A stretch of 64,000 bases of DNA, taken from positions 1 through 64,000 of the forward strand of contig JALMLS010000605.1 in assembly GCA_038496445.1 (NCBI GenBank). The letters are read 5' to 3'. Shown one piece after another: positions 1 through 11,100 of the stretch. The position numbers and the translations under genes are program-made. The notes under the pieces are model-generated. The model ran no database searches, had not been told where the DNA came from, and saw only the letters and a list, made by a program, of their open reading frames with translations. Numbering within the stretch: position 1 is the stretch's first letter; every line of letters begins with the position of its first letter. This stretch comes from Trichosphaerium sp. ATCC 40318 (Eukaryota > Protista > Tubulinea).

Positions 1-483
1 ATTAGGCCATAATATCCTTAAGTAAGTGATATTGTAAAAAATATATTAAAGAGAAGCCAAAGGATGTGGGTATAAAAGCATTAACTTGCAAACAGTAGCA
101 GGAGTGGTATTAACAGGAGTTGGTTACAAAAATCTTGCTGTGTATTGTGGCAAGGCAGGATTGGCAAAAAAAGCAGGTAAAATGGCAAAAACATGAAGTT
201 GGTTGATATAAACTGGGTATCGTTTATGTGGGGATAGTTTTATGTAAAGTTTGTAATAATTGTACCAAACCTCTTTGTAATCGTTATGTGTTATGTATCG
301 TAATAAACTGTTATTTTCTTTTCCTTTATAAAGTGATGTTTTATGTGTGCCCAAAACGTGCAATATGCGTGGCAAATATGCATGCCCAAAATGTGCGATT
401 CGCGTTCTGTCCGATTCCACCTGTTAGTATATTGCAAGTGTCACCAATATTTTTGCTACAGTTTATTATTGAGTCAATTTAAA

Positions 484-529
484 GCAATAAATAAAAAGTT
501 ATTGCTGACCCTTCAGGGAAGGCATATGT

Positions 530-561
<32 letters not shown>

Positions 562-588
562 GGCTTCTGCGCAATAAATAAAAAGTTA
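484..588 (+). repeat. 18-bp direct repeat GCAATAAATAAAAAGTTA (probable target-site duplication) around the U6 fragment
   Basis: Identical copies at 484-501 and 571-588. Confidence 0.9.
502..574 (+). pseudogene. U6: 3'-truncated U6 snRNA retrocopy
   Basis: Contains AAAATTGGAACGATACAGAGAAGATTAGCATGGCTTCTGCGCAA, the conserved U6 ACAGAGA-box/AGC core. It is preceded by a CCCTTCAGGG 5' stem-loop, lacks the 3' part (GGATGACACGC...), and is flanked by an 18-bp direct repeat. Confidence 0.9.
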
Positions 589-599
589 AGCATAAAAAA

Positions 600-2929
600 C
601 TTGACTTACATTTTCAGTGATTTTTTTTGCATCAAACAACATGTACATGAACATTTTTGGACTCAGAGGGTAGCTTGGGTGGTTTTACTGTCAGGTGCAT
701 TATTTTCCATGACTGACTTTTGAGCATAACCTGTATTTTATGCAAACACATGGATATTCTGTCAACATTTTTCTGTAATCCTCAAAAAAAGTAAATAAAT
801 GACAACATGGCTTTGCTATGTACAATAAATCATGTTTTTAACACAGAACACAGACTCTGTTTTGTTGTTCCATAAGCCATTTGGTTTTTTTGCAATGGCC
901 CACAATCAGCTCATTTACCTCTCCACTGTTCTAAAAGTTAGTGTATATTGCTTATTTATGCACAAAATACCATTTTTAATACATAAAACTGAATTTAGAA
1001 GCATCTGAAATTTTTCCACCAGCTCATCAAATAATTCATCTGTGTGCACTCTTTTTATTTCACAAAATAAGAACTTGAGCACTTCAACACTAATAAACAT
1101 TAATTTAGGAAAAAAGAGAGATGACTGAGAAATCAAAAAAAAAGGTACACATACTGTTTTTCTTCACATTGCTCATACTCTGAGTATGTCTTAGGTATAC
1201 CCCTATGCACTTTCTGTTGTATTGTTTTTCAGTAATGAAATGTACATAAAAGCACTCCAAATCTTTTGCAGCATTTATGGTGGTTACATACTTGTCTGAC
1301 ATTACAATAGGTGCATAAGGTACACCATATTTTTCTTTCATCACATGTTTTGGCAATCACATACTATTATGATGAAAAAATACCATTACAACATTTCACA
1401 TAGAACAATTGCTAGAAAGTACATCAAACCAAACTAACCTGTTAATACTCATCTAATTGTGCTAATTAAAACACCATTACAAAATGTCATTGAAATACCC
1501 CAAAGCTTCACATCACTGTGAAAACCAAGGATGTATAAAAAAAACAGCTAGTTCCAAAATTGAGCCCAAACAAATATTCACTCCAAAGCCAAGTTCAAAG
1601 TGTAAGCACTATTCAATGGAAGAAAATGCTTCAAACAAGCACCAAAAAAAGTACAAAAAACCACATGTTTTTTGAATGTATTTGAAGTTTATTTAGGTTT
1701 TGCTAGACTCACTTTTCACACACTTTGAAACAGAACTCTACAAGATTCTTGGTACAGAAAATGCTCCAAAGTTATCTCACACCCATAGTGTTCCAAAGTG
1801 CTATCAAAATGGTGTACTTTAAAAAAACTCTCTTTTTTATCACTTATACACTCCTCCAAAAACATGATTATTAATTAACACCCCAAAAAATATCCCATAT
1901 TTTTGGTCTAGTGTAACTTTTGGGTTTTTGCATAAAGCATCAGCATTTTTCTGATAAAAAAGATAGTTGTTTGGCATGTGGATCAAGAGCAGCTGCATGC
2001 AAACTTGATATAGACACTTAATTATGTATTATTTGCCTTTTTTGTTGTTTAAATCTCTTTTGTAATTGAATTATTAATGTTTTAAAGCAATCTTTTGCAG
2101 TTGTGCTCTTAGAACAAGATAGAGCAACACTAAGTACTTTTACAAGTGACAAAGTAGGGTATGTGTCACTTAGAAAAAAAAATTAGTAACTCAATAAACA
2201 AATGTATTTATCTTCTAGCAACAGGCTGTAAAGCATCTTGTATGTAAATTATTTATATCACATGGTTGAAACAATTGTATTAAATAGTCAAGCACAGGTA
2301 TCTTTTCAGTCCATAAACAATCAAGCATTTCAAAACATGCCACTCTTGGCATAAGCAATGAAAAGATGTTTGATTGTTCATGTTTGTATACTGTTAAGGT
2401 ATATAGAAAAAGTACAATCTCAATACAACAAAACCCACTAAATGAAAAGGGTGGTCCACAATTAAACAGCATATAGCACTCTTAGTATTTTATCAATTTT
2501 AATAAAAACTAGCTCATTTTAACCACAGCACCTAAATACACTTATTTACATGGCGAAAGTAAATTACATGTGATACACAGGTGATCAAAACTATAACATT
2601 ACTTTGGAACTTTTTTTGTAATTATACATGTTGTATCACAAATAAATACAAGTTTGACACCTTGTAAATGCCTATTTTATGCCTGCATTACACCTGCATA
2701 CTGCTTGATTTATGACCAGCATTTGGAGGGTTAAATGCTTGGTTTATATCTGAAATAGTTGTGTACTGGATTCAGGCATCTAACAGGCATTTGATTAAAG
2801 AAAATGCCTGTTTTTGGCCAAATGCCTGGTTTATGCCAGTTTTTTCTTGGCATCTACCAGGCATTTGGCCTTTAAAACAGGCATTTAATAGGCATTTTCT
2901 TTCAAATACTGACTCCAGTTTTAGCCCTG
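600..2929. mobile_element. Decayed, CpG-depleted DNA-transposon-like block (possibly hAT)
   Basis: No intact gene and only one CpG in about 2.6 kb. A subterminal repeat cluster lies at 2660-2900 and ends in TTAGCCCTG (minus strand 5'-CAGGGCTAA). Family assignment is weak. Confidence 0.45.
2666..2897. repeat. Cluster of about 10 AAATGCCTG/CAGGCATTT motifs in both orientations (transposon subterminal repeats)
   Basis: Motif variants at approximately 2666, 2679, 2733, 2773, 2784, 2803, 2820, 2858, 2878 and 2889. Confidence 0.7.
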
Positions 2930-3000
2930 ATGTACAATGTGTCATTAAAACAAATTTAAAACATTGTTACAATTTGATTGAAAGTTTTTATTTTGAACAA

Positions 3001-4801
3001 TTACACCAGTATTGCAATGAAACATAGTACACCAAAGAAGGAAATATGTAGAACATCACCTGAACCACTTGTTGGAGTGTTTGTTGGTGTCACAGGGGTA
3101 ATACAATCTAAAAATGTTGTTACCAAACTTTTAAAAAGTACTCATTTTACCAGGTTGAGTTTGTGTTGAAATCACTATTGGAGGTATTTCACGAACAGCA
3201 GAGTCTACTTGTACACCAATGACACATTGTGCAAGGCGGCTACCTATAAGTAGGCATTAATAAAATATAAAATGTAGTAATACTACAAACCTGCATTGCC
3301 AGTGCTTTGTGTACAACCATCATCTGTGCCACTATGTATTATCATACCACGTCCCACAACTACAGCATAGGTGGACAAGCCAGCAGGTACAGCAATTTCT
3401 TGTTTATACCATGCTACCATACTTGTAAGAGATAGGTAACAGCGCTCAATATGTACTTATGTTTGTGAAATCATCAAAATCTTGTACATTGCCAAGATCA
3501 CCAACATGACGTGCAGCTGTTGGCAGTCGCGCATGAATAACATTGAGCGGGTTGTAATGGCCTATAAAATACATAAGTGTCACTGTATTTTATTGACAGC
3601 TACTTACTCAGGGTGCTTGTGCCATCTAGGCCAGACACATCACCCAGTTCGTGGATATGAAAGCCATGTGCTTGACCTGAAAGGCCAGTAATTTTGGCTG
3701 ATATGGTGACTGTGGTTGCGGTCACTAAACAAACTAGTTAAACATCCAATGACAGACTAAGTAGCATTACCATCAAACCACACAGTTCCTCCAACGTCAT
3801 TGCCAGATGTAGGAGCAAAAACGCATACAGCTTTAGTGAAATTTGGTATATTTTCTACGTGATAAAAATAAATTACCAAAAAGAGTCAGTAAAAAATAGT
3901 ACTGTACCTGCAGTTGCATTACCACTTTTAATGCCAACAACACCCATAGCAAGCCTACTGCCTGCAAACCCTGAGGCGCCAGTGCACAAGTCAGTCTAAA
4001 AAACAAGTGGAGTTAGCAACCAAGCATCACCAAATATGTTAATACACACCCCCGCATGTAAAATGATACCGCGACCAATGATGGAGTTCGAGCCAACAAG
4101 ATCAAGCAACTCTAATTCCTTAACTTGGTTGATAGACCCTCCTGCAACGTTCCAGCTGCCCTAACACAATGGTGTAAAGTGTAGTGAAGAACAGGGGTAA
4201 GCATACCATGTCACCCACATGCCTTGGCGTATCCGAAGGACATGAGTGTGTTGCGTTGGTAGGGTTGTAGTGACCACCTGTAGCGCTACCAGTAGTATCG
4301 GTGATGTCTCCATACTACAATGTGTGTAAGTTTAATGAACGAGATCCGAAGAGAGAAAACCGATGCCGAAGTCATACTCCTCCCCAACTTTGGGCGTGTT
4401 ACTAGCCCATATCCCTTATGATACAAAGTGTCCTAATACCGATGTTGCCCGTATCGCCTATGACTCGACACAACTGTGGAAGTGGGTGGGTACCTGGTGT
4501 ACGTGCATGCCAATAGATGCGTTGGTATTTGCCGTTATGCCCGAAATATCAACTGATACGCGTACTTTCGATGCTGTCAAGTTGTCAACCACGAAAACGC
4601 CCAAAAGTAACGTACCAGTTATTTGTTCAAAGAGAACAGTTCCAGAAATACCAGAATCGAGTGTAGTACCTTGTAGCACCGCAATTGCGTCTACTTACGT
4701 GTTAGGTCTTGTATACGAGCCTAAAAATACGTACTTTGGCATTGGGAAACCACTACGAATAGCGCAAGCAAAGAGTATACAACATGTTGAATGTGAGCCA
4801 T
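3001..4801 (-). CDS. Secreted, probably GPI-anchored Cu/Zn superoxide dismutase with two tandem SOD domains (multi-exon)
   Basis: Signal peptide MAHIQHVVYSLLALFVVVSQC. Domain 1: GMHVHQ..GGHYNP..HSCP..RHVGDM..SIIGRGIILHAG..GSRLA. Domain 2: HGFHIHE..HYNP..RHVGDLGN..VGRGMIIHSG..SRLAQCVIG. Then an S/T/P stalk and hydrophobic C-terminus LHISFFGVLCFIAILV*. Confidence 0.9.
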
Positions 4802-4995
4802 CACGTGATGTAGTTTCTTATTTTTTTAAAACTAAACGGGAAAACAAAACACTTAATCTAGTTTTGGATCCAAAAAAGTCAGGCAATCTGTTTGTAGTAA
4901 CGAAACTACAAAGCACAAGCTACAAAAGGATTGGCAAGATTGCGGACAATCTTTTTTTGCAATCCCGCCCAAAAAAGGATTATTTAGTCTTCAAT

Positions 4996-7900
4996 TCACT
5001 TTCCAAAAACGAATAATTTGCTACCGTATCGTTTACGTGCGTAGCGTTGCATATCCGCAGAAATAGATGTCAAGAAGGGACTCCAGGCGGATGAATGATT
5101 ATTATTGCCCAGTTTCATCTTTTTTCCATGGCCAATCAGGCGTAGAAGTGCGACTAGACGTTCTAAATCATTACTTCTTGTTAGCTCAAGGAAATACTGC
5201 CAAATTAGTTCTTGAGTAGTATCCGATACAGAACTAAAACGTAAGTACTCTCCAAGTGCACATACTACACTATCCACCTCTTCTGGCACAAATATTTTAG
5301 GTGTAAGCTGAGCTTGCACCAAAGGAGAATTGGGCACATTTTCATTACGTTTGCGCTTCTTACCAACCTTCTTGTGGTTGGAATGCCTTGTCATCGACGG
5401 TACAAGAAATTCCTGTGCGCTCCACTCTTGTGGTTGTGTTGATTGCTGTTTGAGAGATCTCATGGACAAACCTTGATAGAAACGTATTAGGCAAGCAGAA
5501 AAAAAAACAGTTTGCAGATGTCTTTCTGAACACCATCCGTACAAATGCCTCTCAAGTCTGAGATATCGACGTTGATATCATTGTACAGGTTAATAGCGTG
5601 TTGACCAATAACTGCGCCGCAATCAGTGTGTGTGTTGAGTGTTACTGAACGGGATAGATCAACACACCACCCATGGCCCAAGAAAGTAGTATTTTTGGGC
5701 GCATCAGGATGCCTGAGTGACAAATGTTAGTTAGCTCTACTCTGTACCTAGTTATTTTTGTTTTGCTGAGTAAACGACAAGCACCTTTTCTTTATCTTGA
5801 GTGTCAATAAACGCCCTACATTATGGCTGGCTACAAGTTTTCCAGCTACCACATCAGAAACACCCTTTTGACTTATGATTAGCGTATGCCATTGTTTCAC
5901 ACCTGGTTTTGGGTGGTGTTCTACTTACTTTGATGAATTCTATCACCTTAGCGTGGGTTGAAAACCGAACGCCATACGTCATATCTGAACTCTATCAGTT
6001 TGTGACATGCGAATTTTATTTTGCTATGTACCAACAGATACGGACTTGCGTTCTACCTTAAAATGCATTTTACGGTGGTCGATACCTTGAACAAAATATA
6101 AGGAAACACAGTCATATATAATAATCATAAAACAAAATTTACCTTGTGCATAGTTGTGGAGTTGCCTTGCCAAGCCATCACTAAGTACATTACTCAATGC
6201 GGTCAATGATGCTTGTTGCAGCTGCTTCATTGTTGTGAAACCTCCTTTCTTTAATTTGCTCCACGTGCGATGGCCCACACCCTACTTGATGTCAAACAGA
6301 ACCTGAATCCTACAGGCTGTCATACAGGCAATGAAGAAGGCTTGAACTGTTGCATCCATGGGACAATATTAGAACTGTTAAGTGGCGCTATTGCAAGGCC
6401 ATCTGGTTTGGCTTTGAGCAACGCAAGACGAGCCTACGTGTGCGTTAGGAAAACTGAGTGCACCCTTCTGCAGACTAACCAGTAATATCGAGCTACCAAG
6501 CCCTGCACTTGCGCTACAGCTCGTAGTATTGAATATTTGTTGTCTGACCTGAGCGATGATGCGCTGTGCTGTATCCCAATCTGGGGCAATGCGTGAAAGC
6601 TCCAAAAGCGCCTCATCACAGCTGATTGCTGAAATTCATATAAGGTTGGTGCCATCACGTGACATACATTTCTATACTTGCCTTGTATTCTAGCCCCTGT
6701 TTGAACGAAGATCTCATAGACTTGCATTGCAACTGACAGCATTGTTACCGTTGAGTATACAGGTCACAACCAAACACGTACCTCGCTCGTAAGCTTCGAA
6801 ATTGTACGGTACAACAACGAGCTGAGGGCAGAGTTCCATTGCCTGTCAATTAGCATTAGAACAAAGTTGCCAATGACACAAGCGTTACCCCTTTTAAGTG
6901 CATTCCATTCTTAAATAACAAGGTGGGTCAGTGACTTGACATTAAAACGTGCAATGTGAGATTGGTACCTTAATGCCATATTTTCTAGCCTCGTAGTTGG
7001 CAGAAGCACACGCAGCACGCTTTCCTGCCAGTACATATTAGCGTTTAACTAAAAATAAAAGAGTTTATACTGACCTCCGTGGCTAACAACAAGAGGTTTG
7101 CCTGTCTTGTCCTACGTGTTGTTACATTTGCAAGCACATCCAAAAATTATTGGTGACGATTACAGTGTCAACCTAACAAAGATAGGGGTGCGTACAGGAT
7201 CTATCACCGTGGAAACGGTAGCAAAGAAGGCATCCATATCAACGTAGGCATACATCGGTTCCTTAGGATCTTGTTGAGCTTGGTGGTCCAAATAGGGAAG
7301 TAAAGCACTCAGTTTGTCTTGAAACTGACTTTTCCAAGTCGATAAATGGTGAAGCCGAGAAGATGCGAAGTAGTCTGCAATGAAAGTTGGATTCTACACA
7401 ACAAACGGATCAGCTAATTGTCATCCGTAAAGTAGCAGTACTTCTTCGCTTGTTAGCATTCTATTGAGCGTATTCGGTTTGTTGGATGACACCAAGGTGT
7501 AATGTTCAACCGCCACCAACCGCCTGTGATCCAACCGGTTAGTTATTCAAAAAAGGCAAGTCCCACTTACTTTGCCAAGATGCTATTGACCACCCACTCT
7601 GGTTTGACGAACGCGCACTTCCCTGTGTGCAGTGGATTTGATTTCTTCGGTGACTTCACAAGATGTTGCGGTGCCGACATGCCCACCCAGTGCGTCGTCA
7701 TTGCGTCAAGCTTGTGCGTAATTGAACCACCATGCTGCATAATTGCGGTACTTCTAAACTTGAGCCGTTATGATCAAAATTAAGCTATTGAATTCGCTTA
7801 CAAGGACCGTTGGTCAACTTTTGCTTCGTCCAGCAATGTATTCGTGTAAATTGCATTAGACACGAACGCAACGACGCCCTAGTACGCACGTAAATAAGTC

Positions 7901-8016
7901 ACTGAGTACTAACGTACAGAAAATAAGCCAGAAAGAACATCACCAGTAAACTGGTTTGTCAACTTTCGCCTCTTTGAATCAGTGTAACTCGACCAACTCT
8001 TGAATGAGGTCTGCAT
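4996..8016 (-). CDS. REV1: Y-family translesion deoxycytidyl transferase REV1 (BRCT, Pol-Y core, C-terminal domain; multi-exon)
   Basis: BRCT motif VKPEWVVNSI; N-digit FIADYFASSRLHHLSTWK; YVDMDAFF; SANYEARKYGI; ISCDEA; SAGLG..KAKPDG; C-terminal DLERLVALLRLI...RYGSKL. Confidence 0.9.
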
Positions 8017-8173
8017 TAACAATCAATTAAAAAAATAAATGCTGTACATAAAGGGTCAAATAGTGTCACTAAAAACTAATTTTACGAAAAACGAACTGCC
8101 TTGTTTGGGCGTAAATTATAGCTTTTTTGCAAGTAGGTATCTAACTGGGCTCTCCAGTGCGTAGTCACAAGTG

Positions 8174-11100
8174 ATGCAATTTACAACAGAAGAGTCTTTC
8201 GCGGACGAAGAGCCATTGAACCTCTCATTCTCAGATTCAGAGCTTAGCGAACAAGATAGGCCAGTTACACCGCGTCCACTTCCTGCTGTACCAGAAGGTA
8301 CGTTGAATGGCGCAATGGTTGTATTATCTCACTACACTAGACCCAGCCACGCCTCCACCACTTCCGCCACGCCCAGGTATGCCAATTTGCCAATTTTATT
8401 TGTACTAAGCCCGTTATAGATGACCTTGACTTTGGAGAGCACACCGCAACGCTCGCACCAGACAAACGACGTCGTACAATAGTTGTGTACAGTACAGCCA
8501 GGAAATCACTTCTAGGAGAAGAAAACAAGTCACAGATAAACAATTTGATGTATTCAACGCGTGAAGCGGAACTGATCCAAGAGTTACTAAAATTTATCGT
8601 CAAACATCAACCAACGTGCGTAGACTGTAAAAGCAGCGACCACCGTCATTTTTTTGCGTATTTTTGCAAGTCGTAACGAACCGGCAAGCGTTCAAACCAA
8701 AATAAGGATTGCCTTTTTTGAGATTTTTTGTCAAACGCACATACATTAAACTCAAGTAATCTTTTAAGGGTGCTCAAGGAATTTTTTGGGTTTACAGACA
8801 AGGCAGAATTTGATGATTTGGCGAATTGTTTGATACGCCTCTCTTTTGGCAACAATACCACCTTTGACATGATCAAATATTTCATTCTCGATGAATTTTG
8901 CACAAACGCCACAACCAACGCGAACAGCATCATGAGGGAAAATTGTATTGCGTCCAAAATTGTCAAGGCTTATTTGGGTGCGCATTACCTTTTTGACATT
9001 CATTCTTGACTAACCTAATCCTTTAGGTCACGTTGGGCAGTACTATCTACGTTATGTGTTATCACGTGTAGTACAACAAGTCGTTCGGGAGAGCAAGGTG
9101 TCTTTGGAGATTAATCCAGAGAAAGTTGACAGCGAAGAACAAAAGATGAACCAAGATTTGCTCGAACAAAAACTTACTGAAGTATTAAAAAATCTCACAT
9201 CACAGGAATCTCTCGCTCACATGCCACCTGGGGTACTACTTGTACGCCTCTGAATGAATCTGATTTCGCGTTTAGATTCGCATCATTGCAAAATACTTTG
9301 AACAGGCTGCACTAGAAGTCGTACCGGACAAGGTACAGTCAAATCGAAAAAAAAGAAAACATTTTAATCAAAATTGTGGCACTAATTTTGGTCTCTAGGT
9401 AGGTCAGATGATTGGAGGATTTATTATGTTGCGTTACATCAATCCAGCCATCTTTTCGCCGGAAGTTGCTGGCCTATTAAAAAAAGGAACTGTACCATCA
9501 ACGATTGCAAGGCGTAACCTCATCTTAATCACAAAAGTCTTGCAAAAACTAGCGAATGGCGTAAAGTTCACGCACAAGGAGCAGTACATGATTGCTCTCA
9601 ACCCTTTCATTGAAAAGAATGCTCCGATTGTGAAACAGTTCTTTAAAAACATAGTCACCACAACGCCAAATCCACAAACAGCACATGGAAATATGGTAAG
9701 TGATCACGTGCAACTTGGTCTTGATGCAATTTTCTAGTTTGCCTCTTACTAATACTTACTAGGTCACACAGTTGCTCGTGTACGACTTGCACATGCTGCA
9801 TTCCTTAGTTTGCGACTTTAATGGCGTCATAATGCCCTTATTTTCGCCTGCTGCTGAAAATGAGTTCCAAAAGCTACTTGACAACCTTGGATCTTACCAA
9901 AGTAAGGTATCATTAGCCTTCTTGGATGAAGCACACCAACGTACGCAAAAAAACACTGGTTTTTTCGTTTCCCCTTCATTCTTTTTTTTCTGAAAACCAT
10001 ACCAGGGATGGTAAAGCAACTGCTTGAGAGCAGAGGAGAAGAGGCCTCGTATATAGGATACATAGACCTCACAGGGTCGAAAAAACCAAAGAGTGGAAGG
10101 AGACAAAGGCGTAATAGAAGAATAGTGATCATATGTATGAATCGCGTCATGAGTTTCAATCCCGATGATAAAAAGATTGAGATTGATGAGCATCAATTGA
10201 ACATACAGCAAGTGTCAAGTCTAACACCGAATCAACTTGACATTATATTTCAAAACGGAGAAAGACTATCTGCTACAAGCGAAAGTGCGTTCAAAGTTAA
10301 AAGCCTGCTAAGTGTACTCACGTCTTTTTAAATGTAGAAACATTCGATATAATAGAGGCATTAAGACGAGCCTTCGAATATAACTTTGCCGGCATGCCTA
10401 AGTACCTGCGATTTACTGTAAATGTCGTCTCGGAGAATCACGGTGGTTCTCCAGCGTTCTCCTCGGCTCAAGAACCCTGCAATGGCCTTGTTCGCACGTA
10501 TCATTCCCTCTGCGACTACTACAAGGAATCACCAAACGGCCAGGTAATAGCGCAATCCCGCATTTTTGATATATTTACTGACACCCTGTTTTTTTGATCA
10601 GCTATCATGGGATCTTGAGCACCTGTATCAGAACACGCGACACCTCAATTTCCAAAAGTTTGCGCGGTATGAGACACCTTTGTCTCCTGTAGCAGCGTTG
10701 CCATTACTGCACGCTGTTGCTTACAACACTTACTTTACATCAATAACGCTATCCAACCTCAAATTTGACAAGAACACGTTTGCCGGTCTCATAGAGATGG
10801 TTAAAACCAACACTGTCATTAAAGAGTTAACGCTCAATGTTAGTTATTTTCATAATAGTCATCGCTGCTCTTTGTGCTGTATTGACGACAAACTATTAGG
10901 ATATTGAGATTGACGGTAAAGGTAGAGAATCTTGGCAAGGCCTATTTGACGCAATGGCAAACAATAAGGAGTTAGTCCTTAATTTATTGTCATTACGAGA
11001 CACCTTGATAGAGGAGAAGGCAATGAATAACTTTGCCAATTACCTCAAGGCATGTCATGCATATCATTGTCAATTCATCCCCCCACTAACAGCTACCCAG

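Noticed and set aside
502-574. Functional U6 gene
   Set aside because: The 3' half and oligo-T terminator are missing, there are substitutions in the conserved GGCCCCTGCGC segment, and a TSD flanks it.
4783-4785. Apparent frameshift or sequencing error at the SOD start
   Set aside because: An upstream ATG at 4801 gives an intact in-frame signal peptide.
4363-5016. 217-aa plus-strand ORF
   Set aside because: It is antisense to SOD exons and the REV1 stop region, with no motifs; a shadow ORF.
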